From an uncultured Bdellovibrionales bacterium (lineage in GTDB: Bacteria; Patescibacteriota; Minisyncoccia; Moranbacterales; UBA1568): a stretch of DNA of 64,000 nt. Shown in pieces: positions 39,650 to 50,023 of the stretch (position 1 is its first letter; the number at the start of each line of letters is the position of its first letter). The stretch is taken from positions 205,056-269,055 of the forward strand of contig CAZCNN010000001.1 of assembly GCA_964500505.1 (NCBI GenBank), in the 5' to 3' direction. The notes under the pieces are model-generated. The model had not been told where the DNA came from and did not search any database. It worked only from the letters and a program-made list of their open reading frames with translations. The position numbers were made by a program, and so were the translations under genes.

Positions 39650-40303
39650 CTAACGCAAAAATTCAATGGACTTCAGAAGTGGTTCAGCATTATGCGTAAG
39701 TTCAAACACAAAGCCTGCATTCTCTAGAAACCAACGGTCTGAACAAATACTCGGCATCTCACCAACGACTGACTCATCTTCCGGACACCGTAACGCGTAC
39801 GCTTGCTTCCCATATATATCAACCGGACCTTCCAACACAAAATCAGTAGTAGGGGCAATTTCCTTTTGTTTGGCAGTCACGAAATCTAATAAACTCCCTT
39901 CCCAAGGGGTAATGACAATACCAGAAACCGTATTAAAACTAAAAGTACCAGACTGCATATCCGAGGATTGCGGACAATTCATGGAAATATCTATATATGC
40001 AATTTGAGTGAGGGTATCAATATATGGTTTATAAAAGCATACTCCTTCTCCTTGATGCTTTTCTGGATATGTAAATTTGAATCCAAACTCACTACTGGTG
40101 TAAGATAGCAAACCCACCTCTTCTGTTGCTGGATTGACGTCTTTCTTCTGCGAATCTTGTATTATTTTTTCTGTACTAGCAACCTGATAGTACATCGGTT
40201 CTTGACTATTATCTTTTTCAATAATCCAAACGAAATAGCCAGCAGTAAAAGCCATGACAAGTAATACTGCGGTCCCGAGGCCTGTTGAGACTTTTTGATT
40301 CAT
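39650..40303 (-). CDS. Membrane-anchored hypothetical protein
   Basis: It has an N-terminal TM (LGTAVLLVMAFTAGYFVWII) and a soluble domain. No motif recognised. Confidence 0.55.
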   Translation of the reverse strand: MNQKVSTGLGTAVLLVMAFTAGYFVWIIEKDNSQEPMYYQVASTEKIIQDSQKKDVNPATEEVGLLSYTSSEFGFKFTYPEKHQGEGVCFYKPYIDTLTQIAYIDISMNCPQSSDMQSGTFSFNTVSGIVITPWEGSLLDFVTAKQKEIAPTTDFVLEGPVDIYGKQAYALRCPEDESVVGEMPSICSDRWFLENAGFVFELTHNAEPLLKSIEFLR

Positions 40304-40344
40304 AATATTTTATCTCTATTTTATATACTATACCATAAAAAATT

Positions 40345-41994
40345 CTACCAATCCCCGCGTTCGGGGTGGTCTTCGGTGAGCGTGGCGGCTTCGGGCTGGC
40401 GGAGGACGCGACAGAGAACAAAGCGCTTGATGCGACCGAGTTCTTCCACTTTGAGGAGATAGGCGAAGAGGACGTAAGCACCACCACCGATGGTAAAGCC
40501 AAGCGCCAGCTGGAGGAATACCTCGATAAACGTATCGAGTTCATTGGTGGTGAGAGCAAAGACAGACTTGGATATCTGAGCGACTGCCCCAGCGAGGAGC
40601 GAGGCGAGAAGGATCTTGGCTACCGGCACCACGATGAGCTTGTCCTCCCAAAATGAGAGCTGCCGACGGAGAAAAAAATACAGAAGACCGAAGTTGAGGA
40701 TGGTGCTCACAGAAAAAGCGATGGCTAGTCCCTCAACCTGGTAGAGAGGGAGGAGGAATGGAATAAGCGCGATATGGACTGCTTCACTCACAAGCGCGAT
40801 GTACAGTGGAGTCTTGGTGTTCTGAAGGGCAAAGAAAGCTCGGGCAAAGAGTGGGATGAGACTCTGAGCAAAGAGGGAGAGGGCGAGGAACTTGAGGATC
40901 TCAAAAGTCGTGATGGTATCCTGCCAGTCGAAGTTGCCGGACCCGAGAATAACACGGACACACTGGGCGCGAAAGATAATGATAAAGATCGAAAGTGGGA
41001 CGACAAAGAAAAGTATTTTACGAGCCGTCTCGGCAAACATCCGGAAAAAATCTCGATCACTTTTCTTGGCAGCAAAAAGAGCGAGCGCCGGAAAGACTGC
41101 GAGCGAAAACGCGATGCCAAAGAGTCCAAGGGGCACACTCTGGATGTTATTGGCGAGGGTAAATGAGGCCAAGCTCCCCGACACCAGGGTCGAGGCGAAA
41201 ACGGTCATCACGAGAAGTCCTACCTGATTGACGGCCATACCGAGTGAACGAGGAATCATGAGCGTGAGCACTCGTCTCACGTTTGTATCATGCCAGGCAG
41301 AGAACATCCGAAAGCGAAATCCGGCTCGCCGTATCGCCGGATACTGCACCACGAGATGGAACGCTGACCCGAGTACGACTCCCCAGGCCAAGCCCATCGG
41401 TCCAAAATACTGCGACAAAACTACTGCCCCAATAATGATACCGATATTGTAGAAAACTGGCGCGAAGGAATAGGCAGCAAATTGCTTGAAGGACACGAGT
41501 ACTCCCCCAAATACCGCGCTCGCAGCCAAGAAAAGTGGCGAGAGAAGCATGATACGGGTGAGGTCAGTCACCAGAGCCTGCTTCTCGGGAGCAAAGCCTG
41601 GCGCCAGAACATCAGTGATAAAGGGAGCAAAAAGAATACCAAGAAGTGAGAATGCTCCGATAGAAAAGAGTGTGGTGTGAAGTACACCTGAAGTGAGCTT
41701 CCAGGCTTCTGCCTCTTTGTCCTTGGCTATGAGCTCAGTAAAAATAGGGACAAAGGCAGCTGAGAGTGCCCCAAGCACGAGAAATCCATACACCAAGTCT
41801 GGGAGTCGAAAGGCAGCATAGTAGGCATCCAAAATATCCCCGGCTCCAAACGTAGAAGCGAGGACACGGTCCCTGATAAACCCTAAGAATCGACTCGCAA
41901 TCCCCGCAAACGCAATGAGGAGCGCTGCCGTACCGACGGTGGCGCTTGGAGTGCTCCCGAGTGAAGCAAAGTAATGATAGAGTCGCTTGATCAT
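40345..41994 (-). CDS. murJ: Lipid II flippase MurJ (MviN)
   Basis: The N-terminal GFIRDRVLASTFGAGDILDAYYAAFRLPD is typical of MurJ. It is about 14 TM and 549 aa. Confidence 0.85.
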   Translation of the reverse strand: MIKRLYHYFASLGSTPSATVGTAALLIAFAGIASRFLGFIRDRVLASTFGAGDILDAYYAAFRLPDLVYGFLVLGALSAAFVPIFTELIAKDKEAEAWKLTSGVLHTTLFSIGAFSLLGILFAPFITDVLAPGFAPEKQALVTDLTRIMLLSPLFLAASAVFGGVLVSFKQFAAYSFAPVFYNIGIIIGAVVLSQYFGPMGLAWGVVLGSAFHLVVQYPAIRRAGFRFRMFSAWHDTNVRRVLTLMIPRSLGMAVNQVGLLVMTVFASTLVSGSLASFTLANNIQSVPLGLFGIAFSLAVFPALALFAAKKSDRDFFRMFAETARKILFFVVPLSIFIIIFRAQCVRVILGSGNFDWQDTITTFEILKFLALSLFAQSLIPLFARAFFALQNTKTPLYIALVSEAVHIALIPFLLPLYQVEGLAIAFSVSTILNFGLLYFFLRRQLSFWEDKLIVVPVAKILLASLLAGAVAQISKSVFALTTNELDTFIEVFLQLALGFTIGGGAYVLFAYLLKVEELGRIKRFVLCRVLRQPEAATLTEDHPERGDW

Positions 41995-42006
41995 GAGAAA
42001 AAAATG

Positions 42007-44142
42007 CTAACGTTTGCCAAAAACAAGCCCCTGATACTCATCGGTCACGAGCGTTGTTTCGCGACGCCATTCCCGTCCATACGGTACCAGATTCGGCTCC
42101 GTCTGCCAAATAACCGAAAATTCCTCTGGCACCGAGAGGGTCGAAACAAGCACACTCCCTGGTGAGCCAGACTGCTTCTGATAGAGTACGGAGTACGATT
42201 GTGGATCACTAGCCCCCAGGGCCGAGACATCAATAGTAAACGGGAGCCGGTAGCGATACTCCACTGTCACTGACTCCTTGGGACTGACATAGACCCAAGC
42301 TCCAAAGACGGTCTTCCCGGCATCTTCCGAAATACGCACACCACTCTCATCGTCGATCGTCTGTCCCGCTTCTTCACGCACCACATCGGCATCACGCCGA
42401 AATCCGAGTCGCTCATAATCGAGAGGCTCCGGTGGAAACTCCCGAGTCGTTCCACTAGTCGACAAAAGTTCTGATCCTTTTGGTACATAGACTCGCAGGT
42501 AGTCCGCATTGACTCGATTCCACCAGTCGTACGGCGTATCACCTCCACGGTGGGTCCGAGTAATAGTGACCGTATCAGTAATCGAGCCATCACTCGCTAT
42601 CTCCGCTCGGTGTTTGATCGTTTCATCGATCACGCCATCAGTCTTGTAGCCATTGATGTTGCTATGGATAACCGAGAGATAGTCTTTGCTCGTGGCGAGT
42701 ACTCTCCCCGACCATCCGATCTCATCGATAAGCCTCTCCGTCGGCTCGTGGCGTGCGTACATGAGGATATGCTTCTCATTGAGACCAGCCATGAGCGCCT
42801 CGGCAATGCGGCGAGAGGTCGCCCTGTCCTGGAGTGCAAAGACTCGTGAGATGAGCTCTCGTGAGAGATCGACGAGTATCTTCTTCGGCTCATTCAACTC
42901 TTTGTCGTACTTGACCTCAACCTGTTCCTGAATAACGGGGATAAAATTGTCTGCATCCACCGTCACCCCATACTGGGGCAGATCGATTGGCCCGATAACC
43001 GCGAGGAGTTTTTGCATCACGGTCGGCGTGAGTGTGATGACACCGTCCACGGTGGGTCCACCTGTTTTCTCGTAAAAGAAGATGGCTTTTTCGGCAGCGG
43101 TCGGAAAGTCCGGTGACCAATTGCTGTCATGGAGACTCCAGCCGGCACTAATCTTTTGAATGGGTTTCGGTGGAACGATATTTACTTTGAGCTGACCATC
43201 GGGATTGAATATACCATCGACAAAAAAACGTCGAATGACTCCCAGGTTCACATCGACCAGGGCATAACTCCCAATAAATCCACCTGTCGCTCGAAGCTCG
43301 TGATTGTTCTGGAGGAGAAAAAGATAGGTCCGTGGACCGTTGCCCCCAAGGAGCTCTTCGATCAAGGCATCATTTTTTTCAAACCCCCGAAGGAGATCGG
43401 TGAGTATCGGCAGACTCTCTCGAACCGTCAGAAATTTACTTCGTTTGTCTTCGGGGATGTCGGAGAGATTGACCCCTTCAAGCTTGGCACTCGCTGCCTC
43501 AAGCGACTGGCGTGTCAGAGCGAGCGGCTCACGTGCCTGTTCAAAGAGACTAATGAGCGACACCTTTTCACCTGCCGCGTAAATGTCTTTGGAGACCATG
43601 AGCTGCTCCACCAGGATTGCCATCGGTACGCCCGCCTGAGCAAAATGGGCTCCCGCTTCAATCACCAACTTTCCCGAGGCTATCGGCGTAAGGCCAGGAA
43701 TGAAACGCAGGTATTCGATGAGTCCCGATCCAGGAAATGACAGGTACTGATCGGCAGCTGCAAAGTACTGTGAAGCACTCTCGAGCTCGAGGATGGCAGT
43801 ATCATAGTCTCTCTGCCGGAGCGCTCTTTCAGCGTGCATGAGCGACTCATAGCCAGCTTCCCCCTGGCTCATGATATCGGATTTGACCCGAAGAATCTCT
43901 TTACCCCCCATGAAACACCCTACGCAAAGAAGGGCGAATGCTAGGACAACGAACACTCGCGGTGTCCGAGACGCCCGCTTGGGCCGTGGCGACACGGGAG
44001 GCATCGTGACCGCCAAATGGTTCGGAGAAACAGGGACACGAGGCGGTCGCGGAGCCACCAGGAGGACTGGCGCAGGTGCAAGAGTCGGACGTGACATGTC
44101 CGACAAAGTAGCCCGGGGTTTAAGAGAGTATGGTTGAGGCAT
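42007..44142 (-). CDS. Large exported or membrane-anchored hypothetical protein with a Pro-rich N-terminus; the true start is likely an internal Met
   Basis: It has a Pro/Arg-rich N-terminal tail (APAPVLLVAPRPPRVPVSP), a TM helix (VFVVLAFALLCVGCF) and a ~600-aa extracytoplasmic domain. The track start overlaps the upstream GT4 gene by 23 nt. Confidence 0.55.
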   Translation of the reverse strand: MPQPYSLKPRATLSDMSRPTLAPAPVLLVAPRPPRVPVSPNHLAVTMPPVSPRPKRASRTPRVFVVLAFALLCVGCFMGGKEILRVKSDIMSQGEAGYESLMHAERALRQRDYDTAILELESASQYFAAADQYLSFPGSGLIEYLRFIPGLTPIASGKLVIEAGAHFAQAGVPMAILVEQLMVSKDIYAAGEKVSLISLFEQAREPLALTRQSLEAASAKLEGVNLSDIPEDKRSKFLTVRESLPILTDLLRGFEKNDALIEELLGGNGPRTYLFLLQNNHELRATGGFIGSYALVDVNLGVIRRFFVDGIFNPDGQLKVNIVPPKPIQKISAGWSLHDSNWSPDFPTAAEKAIFFYEKTGGPTVDGVITLTPTVMQKLLAVIGPIDLPQYGVTVDADNFIPVIQEQVEVKYDKELNEPKKILVDLSRELISRVFALQDRATSRRIAEALMAGLNEKHILMYARHEPTERLIDEIGWSGRVLATSKDYLSVIHSNINGYKTDGVIDETIKHRAEIASDGSITDTVTITRTHRGGDTPYDWWNRVNADYLRVYVPKGSELLSTSGTTREFPPEPLDYERLGFRRDADVVREEAGQTIDDESGVRISEDAGKTVFGAWVYVSPKESVTVEYRYRLPFTIDVSALGASDPQSYSVLYQKQSGSPGSVLVSTLSVPEEFSVIWQTEPNLVPYGREWRRETTLVTDEYQGLVFGKR

Positions 44143-45313
44143 GAGAATCTGTAGGATTGATTATTGTATTGGCGTGGGCCTGGTAGAGCGCAAGGGTCAG
44201 AGTCGCCATCGTTCTAAAACTATAGCGAGCGACCTGGCGATAGCCACGCTCTCGAAGAATCTCCACGTATGATCGATCCGTCGTGATGCGATGTAGCGCC
44301 GAAATCAGTGCCTCTCCGTTCTTTGATTCATAATAGGAGGCTGCTTCACCGAGGATCTCAGGGAGCGAGCCAGCTTCTGAAGCGACCACGACCGCTCCGC
44401 GACTCATCGCCTCAAGTGGTGGCAAGCCAAAACCTTCGTAGAGCGATGGAAAGACGTAGGCACGAGAAAATCGATAGAGTGGGGAGAGCTCGCGGTCCGT
44501 CAAAAAACCGGTAAAAATAACATTCGTGAGCCCGAGCTCCTCTGTCTTCTCACGAAGTCGTTGATAAAAGAAATCCGCTTTGCCGACCAGTACGAGACGA
44601 TACGTCGGAAACGCTCTCGCCACTGCAAACAGAATCTCGAGATTCTTGTGTGGATACGCATTGCCGACATAGAGAAAATATGGGACGACTGCCTCCAGTA
44701 TATCATGAGACGTTCCAGAAATGAGTGAGAGTCGCTCAAAGAGCCTCCGGGTTTCTTCTGCCCCGCTCCACTCACAAGACAGCTCCGCTCCTTCATAGGT
44801 CACCGTAATTTTCCCCGCGCTCAAGGGATACGTGGCGAGGAGATCGGCTTCGGTAAAGTGAGAGACTGTGATAATCGATCGGGCCCGAGCGATAGCCGAA
44901 GCAATAACAAGACGGTAGACGAGAAACTTAGCCCAGTAAAGTGGCGCCCATCGGGTAGTGTTCCGGAGCGTCGGATAGTGCACCAAGATAAGATCATGGA
45001 TCGTTACGACAAACGGTCGTCGATAGAGGAGCGGTACATTGAAATGTGGGAAATGCACCAGATCAAACCGAAATCGATACAAGAGCATGACAAAGAGCGT
45101 CTGCTCAGAGAGACCATACCAGGCATACTGAGCCACTACCTTCCGAAACCGCGGTGAACGAGGTATATATTCGTCGAAGTTTTCTCGACGCAGAAATACA
45201 ACATACTCATTGTCAGTGTCGATCGCTTCGAGATGTAGAATAAGCTTCTCGGTATACCGTCCCAAGCCCTTGCCGAGTGATCCATAAAAGCGTGCGTCAA
45301 TACCGATGCGCAT
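44120..45313 (-). CDS. Glycosyltransferase family 4 (start taken at the internal MRIGIDARF, GTG/ATG ambiguity)
   Basis: It has the GT4 signature [24 protein letters not shown]. The upstream gene's stop (~45324) lies just before this internal Met, which supports the shorter start. Confidence 0.8.
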   Translation of the reverse strand: MRIGIDARFYGSLGKGLGRYTEKLILHLEAIDTDNEYVVFLRRENFDEYIPRSPRFRKVVAQYAWYGLSEQTLFVMLLYRFRFDLVHFPHFNVPLLYRRPFVVTIHDLILVHYPTLRNTTRWAPLYWAKFLVYRLVIASAIARARSIITVSHFTEADLLATYPLSAGKITVTYEGAELSCEWSGAEETRRLFERLSLISGTSHDILEAVVPYFLYVGNAYPHKNLEILFAVARAFPTYRLVLVGKADFFYQRLREKTEELGLTNVIFTGFLTDRELSPLYRFSRAYVFPSLYEGFGLPPLEAMSRGAVVVASEAGSLPEILGEAASYYESKNGEALISALHRITTDRSYVEILRERGYRQVARYSFRTMATLTLALYQAHANTIINPTDSHASTILS

Positions 45314-45323
45314 ATGACTATAA

Positions 45324-46013
45324 CTATGAACGAAGCGTCTTCCCCTTCCCTTCAAACATGTAGAGGAGGAGCGCCTGTGAAACGAGAATCTTGAACACGT
45401 CACTATCCTCAATACGGTTGACTGTTTTCCCAAAAACCAAAAATGCAGAGACACCTCTCGCCTGGCGCGGAGATCGGACTACCGCGCGATCATTGGTCTG
45501 CCAAAAATACTTGCCTTCTGCCAAGAGCTCGGCCGCGGTGAGCGACTGCGCAAAAAAGTTGGCGCCATTTTTTTCATACACGCACTCCATAGTTTTGTTG
45601 CGAGTGTGCACAAAGCAGAGCGCCACCTGATCCGTTTTGCCCAGGAGACTCACCGTTTCAAGGAGTGAGGTATAGATATTGCTCTCATCCTTCAGTGCCA
45701 CTGCCGTGACCTTGGGCAAATCAAAAATAAAGTCCTGCACGATATCAAGCTTGCGATTCATCTCACCGATATACGAGTAGGAATCAGAGAGATCGCGCGT
45801 GATGAGCGAGGTTTGCTTTTCCAAGTGAAGCTTCTCCCGAATGAGCTTGAGGAGCGTTTTTTCTTTGGCCAAGTAGATCATGAACCCGAAGGCTCCAAAA
45901 CAAAAAATGAGGAGCGCCTCGATATCTTCTTCACGAAGAAGTCCGACCTCCCGCGCGATAAACTGTGGCGTCAAGATAGCCAAAACAAACAGCGTGAGGT
46001 AGATCCAGTACAT
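45324..46013 (-). CDS. Membrane-anchored hypothetical protein
   Basis: It has two N-terminal hydrophobic helices and a soluble domain. No motif recognised. Confidence 0.5.
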   Translation of the reverse strand: MYWIYLTLFVLAILTPQFIAREVGLLREEDIEALLIFCFGAFGFMIYLAKEKTLLKLIREKLHLEKQTSLITRDLSDSYSYIGEMNRKLDIVQDFIFDLPKVTAVALKDESNIYTSLLETVSLLGKTDQVALCFVHTRNKTMECVYEKNGANFFAQSLTAAELLAEGKYFWQTNDRAVVRSPRQARGVSAFLVFGKTVNRIEDSDVFKILVSQALLLYMFEGKGKTLRS

Positions 46014-46039
46014 AGATTGAGATGAATGGCCCTAATGGG

Positions 46040-46924
46040 TTACCCCTTGCTCACGATGTCTCTCATGTAGTCTTTGACCTGGTCCCCAATATCTTTGCGT
46101 TCCACGGCATAAGCGAGGATGGTCATCATATAGTTCAAGGGATCGCCGGTCGTCATCCACTGACCTCCCTCCACTGTCTTGGCATAAAAGGTCCCGCCCT
46201 TCTCGATGTAGTTGTGGATAGCATCCACCAGCCAGAGTTCGTTACCCTTCCCCAACGCAGTTGTTTTGAGAATGTCCAGTATTTCTTGATTGAGGATATA
46301 ACGACCGAATCCAGCGAGTCGCGACGGCGCTTCTTCTTGTGACGGCTTTTCGATGATATTTCTCACCTGCATCGTCTCAGGATCGACGTCGACGATACCA
46401 TATTTGGACACCTCGCTCTGTGGTACTTCTTGTACACCGAGCATCGGCTGACCATGCTTGTTGTACTCATCAACCATCTGCTTGGTAAATGAAACATCGG
46501 ACTTGACCAAGTCATCACCAAAGCAGTAGATGAACGGTTCATCGTCAACCAGGCTCGCAGCCGAAAGTGCCGGTGTCCCATTGCCATAGGGGCCCTTCTG
46601 ACGAATATGGACGAAATTGGCGAGCTCCGCGATACGATGAACCTGCTCGTACCGTTCCTCCTTACCATTCTTCCGGAGGTCATCCTCGAGGGCGGTAGAA
46701 TAGTCAAAGTGATCCTCGAGCGGTTTCTTGTCCCAACGCGTCACAAAGATGATATCCTCGATACCTGCTTCGACGAGCTCCTCGACGACGAGCTGGATGA
46801 TTGGCTTGTCGACAATAGGGAGCATCTCCTTGGGCATCGATTTAGTCGCAGGCAGGAGTCGGGTACCACTCCCGGCGACGGCGATGATAGCTTTCTTAAT
46901 TTTCTGGATTGGCGCTTGGGACAT
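46040..46924 (-). CDS. galU: UTP--glucose-1-phosphate uridylyltransferase
   Basis: It has the N-terminal nucleotidyltransferase motif AVAGSGTRLLPATKSMPKEMLPIVDKP. A 294-aa length matches GalU. Confidence 0.85.
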   Translation of the reverse strand: MSQAPIQKIKKAIIAVAGSGTRLLPATKSMPKEMLPIVDKPIIQLVVEELVEAGIEDIIFVTRWDKKPLEDHFDYSTALEDDLRKNGKEERYEQVHRIAELANFVHIRQKGPYGNGTPALSAASLVDDEPFIYCFGDDLVKSDVSFTKQMVDEYNKHGQPMLGVQEVPQSEVSKYGIVDVDPETMQVRNIIEKPSQEEAPSRLAGFGRYILNQEILDILKTTALGKGNELWLVDAIHNYIEKGGTFYAKTVEGGQWMTTGDPLNYMMTILAYAVERKDIGDQVKDYMRDIVSKG

Positions 46925-46934
46925 AGTCGCGTTC

Positions 46935-47729
46935 TTACTTCTTAATTGACACTATCTTCTTATACTCGGCGGTAAACTCAGCAATAGCCTCGTTGATCAT
47001 GGGGTGCATCCGGCGACCGAGTTCTTTCTCCCGAGCAAATGTCCCGGCCTCATAGAGCGACTCGTGTGTCCCGGTATCAAACCAGGCGCCCTCTATGACG
47101 CGGACATCGAGCGCGCCCTCTCCAAGGTAGTGACGCTGGAGATCAGTGATCTCGAGTTCACCCCGCTCTGAGGGTTTGAGAGTCTTGGCGACCTCGATAG
47201 CCCGCCCATCAAAGATATAGACACCCGGGATAGCATAGCGACTCTTGGGGGCGACTGGCTTTTCTTCGATCGATATGACCGTTTGGTCCGGAGCAAACTC
47301 AACGACACCAAACCGCTCCGGATCACTCACTTCTTTGGCAAAGATGCGCCCGCCCTTTTCAAAGGTCTGGATTGCTTCAGTAAAGTCATCTTCAAAAATA
47401 TTGTCCCCCAGGACGAGGGTCGATGGCTCACCATCGAGAAAGTCCTCAGCCAACACATAGGCCTCGGCCAATCCACGAGGCGCCTTTTGTACCACAAATG
47501 ACAGGTTCACACCAAACTTGCGGAAAAGTGAACCCAAGAGGTTGAGGTAGCTCCCGGAGTGCTCGGGTGACACGATGATGAGGATATCTCTGATACCGGC
47601 TTTGATGAGGGTATCGAGCGGATAGAAAATCATCGGGCGGTCATAGACCGGGAGGAGCTGCTTTGAGGTGATAGCCGTGAGCGGGAGGAGTCGCGTCCCA
47701 GTCCCACCGGCGAGAATGATGCCTTTCAT
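46935..47729 (-). CDS. rfbA: Glucose-1-phosphate thymidylyltransferase (RmlA-type sugar nucleotidyltransferase)
   Basis: MKGIILAGGTGTRLLPLT...KQLLPVYDRPMIFYPLDTLIKAGIRDILII closely follows the RmlA consensus. Confidence 0.8.
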   Translation of the reverse strand: MKGIILAGGTGTRLLPLTAITSKQLLPVYDRPMIFYPLDTLIKAGIRDILIIVSPEHSGSYLNLLGSLFRKFGVNLSFVVQKAPRGLAEAYVLAEDFLDGEPSTLVLGDNIFEDDFTEAIQTFEKGGRIFAKEVSDPERFGVVEFAPDQTVISIEEKPVAPKSRYAIPGVYIFDGRAIEVAKTLKPSERGELEITDLQRHYLGEGALDVRVIEGAWFDTGTHESLYEAGTFAREKELGRRMHPMINEAIAEFTAEYKKIVSIKK

Positions 47730-47739
47730 AGTGTTGTAT

Positions 47740-48990
47740 TTAATAAACCGGAAACTGCTTACAGAGCTTCATAACAGACTTCCGGATATCCTGCAAGACT
47801 TTCGTATTGCCGCCCGAGCGGAGCGCCTCGTCGATACAACCAGCGATAACCTTGATTTCTGCCTCCTTCATCCCTCGAGTCGTGACCGCTGGGACGCCGA
47901 TCCGGACACCGCTTGGGTCCATCGGACCACGTGGGTCATCCGGAATCACGTTTTTATTGACCGTGATGCCGATCTGATCAAGCATCTTTTCGGCCTCTTT
48001 GCCGGTCACACCATAGCTCTTCACCACATCAATCACAATCATATGATTCTCGGTACCACCAAAGAGGATAGAGGCACCGCGCTTCACTATTTCTTTCTCA
48101 AGTATCTTGCCATTCTTGAGTACCTGCTTCGCGTACTTGCGAAATTCTGGTTTGAGCGCCTCGCCAAAGGCGACAGCCTTCGCCGCGATGGTATTCATGA
48201 GTGGTCCACCCTGGAGTCCGGGGAAGACTGCCCGATCAACGGCTTTCGCCAAATCAGCTCGACAGAGGATCACGCCACCGCGCGGACCGCGGAGCGTCTT
48301 GTGGGTAGTTGTGGTCACAATATCGAAAAATGGCACCGGATTGGGTATCGCCCGGCCAGCCACGAGACCAGCGATATGAGCCATATCCATCATCGAGTAG
48401 GCACCGACTTTCTTGGCAATCGCCGATATCTTCTCATAATCAAGCTGGCGAGTATACGAGGAGAACCCAGCGAGGACGAGCTTGGGCTTCACCTGCTTGG
48501 CAAGCTTCTCCAATTTCACATAATCAATGGTCCCATCAGCCTCGGTCTTGTAGCCGACAAACTGATAAATCTGTGCTGGGAGCGTAAGTGGATGACCATG
48601 CGTGAGGTGCCCACCGTGTGAGAGGTCCATCCCGAGGATGGTATCACCGGGCTTGAGGATAGCTGAATAGGCAGCCAGGTTGGCTGGCGCGCCGGCATGT
48701 GGCTGGACGTTCGCATGCTCCGCCCCAAAGAGTTTCTTCACCCGATTGATAGCAAGCGTCTCCACCACATCAGTAAATTCCTGACCACCGTAGTAACGTC
48801 GGCCTGGGTACCCCTCAGAGTATTTGTTGGTAAGGACCGTCCCGAGTGTTTCCAGCACTGCCTGCGAGACATAGTTCTCGGACGCAATCATCTCGAGCCC
48901 CTCTGCCTGGCGTTTCTCTTCACCAAGCACAGCCTCATATACATCTTTGTCAGCTTTTTTGAGTAGTGGATGCTTCAACATACAGTTCAT
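47740..48990 (-). CDS. glyA: Serine hydroxymethyltransferase
   Basis: It has ASENYVSQAVLE, the PLP-Lys region TTTHKTLRGPRGG and GIQGGPL-like motifs. Confidence 0.93.
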   Translation of the reverse strand: MNCMLKHPLLKKADKDVYEAVLGEEKRQAEGLEMIASENYVSQAVLETLGTVLTNKYSEGYPGRRYYGGQEFTDVVETLAINRVKKLFGAEHANVQPHAGAPANLAAYSAILKPGDTILGMDLSHGGHLTHGHPLTLPAQIYQFVGYKTEADGTIDYVKLEKLAKQVKPKLVLAGFSSYTRQLDYEKISAIAKKVGAYSMMDMAHIAGLVAGRAIPNPVPFFDIVTTTTHKTLRGPRGGVILCRADLAKAVDRAVFPGLQGGPLMNTIAAKAVAFGEALKPEFRKYAKQVLKNGKILEKEIVKRGASILFGGTENHMIVIDVVKSYGVTGKEAEKMLDQIGITVNKNVIPDDPRGPMDPSGVRIGVPAVTTRGMKEAEIKVIAGCIDEALRSGGNTKVLQDIRKSVMKLCKQFPVY

Positions 48991-49032
48991 TTACAGCAAA
49001 TAAAAATCTTGAACATATTTCAAAATTTTAGA

Positions 49033-49968
49033 TCATAGTCCTTCGTGTACAAATTCTTCGAGCGCCTCTGTGTAGTGACGGAGCTTCGGTCGTTTGGTAT
49101 TGAGGAGCACGGAACAACTTGGTCGACGTGCTGGACGCGGAAACGTCTCGCTTGTCACTGGCTGTACCACTATGTCCTTTTCCGCAAACGCGTAAAGCTC
49201 TTGCACGGCTTCATACCACGTCGCTCCACCCTCATTGACCAAATGGTACGTACCCCAATCACTCTCAGATTCGATCAGCTCTTTGGTAGCCTCTGCGAGG
49301 TCTGGTGCATAGGTAAAGCAACTTTTCTCATCATCTACGGCCTGCACCTCCGTTTTGGTTTGTGCCTGCTCAAGCATAACCGCAAAGAAACTGCGCTTGG
49401 CTTCTGGACTCTTCCCTGGTCGCCCAAAAAGCTTGGAAAGACGGATGAGATAGTAGTCGCTCGCCGCTTCTCGCACAGCACGCTCCCCAGCGTACTTGCT
49501 CTCGCCATAACGAGAGAGCGGGTTTGGGAGAGCCTCTTCATTATACCCTACTTGGTTCGTTGAACCAGCCCCACAGCACCCTCCGCCACAACAGCCCGTT
49601 TCCGCCTTGTTGGCCTCGAGTGCCCCATCAAACACGTAATCGGTCGAATAGTGTACGAGTATATATCCCAGTTTCTTGCTCAGTTGAGCCAAGAACTTCG
49701 GTACTTCACGGTTGAGGAGGAGCGCCTTTTTATATTCCTCGTCATCTGTTTCGCACTTGTCGACCGCGTTGTAAGCGACAGCATTTACGACGATAGCAGG
49801 TCTCAGGGCTGTAATTTTGGTCTCAGCCAAGGGGAAATCCGTGATATCGATATCTTCCCGGTCCCAGGCCGTCACTTCATACTTGTCCCCATCAGAAAAA
49901 GCCCGGACCAGCTCCTGGCCGAGCATCCCGAAACTCCCGAGTATCAACACCTTCTTTTTCTCTATCAT
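49033..49968 (-). CDS. rfbD: dTDP-4-dehydrorhamnose reductase (RmlD) with a Gly/Cys-rich insertion
   Basis: It has the Rossmann N-terminus ILGSFGMLGQEL and the catalytic YSTDYVFDG...SRYGESKYAGE. An extra segment ETGCCGGGCCGAGSTNQ lies between the conserved blocks. Confidence 0.8.
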   Translation of the reverse strand: MIEKKKVLILGSFGMLGQELVRAFSDGDKYEVTAWDREDIDITDFPLAETKITALRPAIVVNAVAYNAVDKCETDDEEYKKALLLNREVPKFLAQLSKKLGYILVHYSTDYVFDGALEANKAETGCCGGGCCGAGSTNQVGYNEEALPNPLSRYGESKYAGERAVREAASDYYLIRLSKLFGRPGKSPEAKRSFFAVMLEQAQTKTEVQAVDDEKSCFTYAPDLAEATKELIESESDWGTYHLVNEGGATWYEAVQELYAFAEKDIVVQPVTSETFPRPARRPSCSVLLNTKRPKLRHYTEALEEFVHEGL

Positions 49969-50023
49969 TTGGCTATTTTAGCAGAAAAACTCATTCCTTG
50001 AAATTCGTCGAGACGCTCCTGCA

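Noticed and set aside
39070-39699. 209-aa plus-strand ORF in the lepA-upstream spacer
   Set aside because: The product is low-complexity with Ser/Ala/Lys runs. The ORF contains the minus-strand terminator hairpin and overlaps the convergent gene's 3' end. It is kept only as part of the non-coding-region finding.
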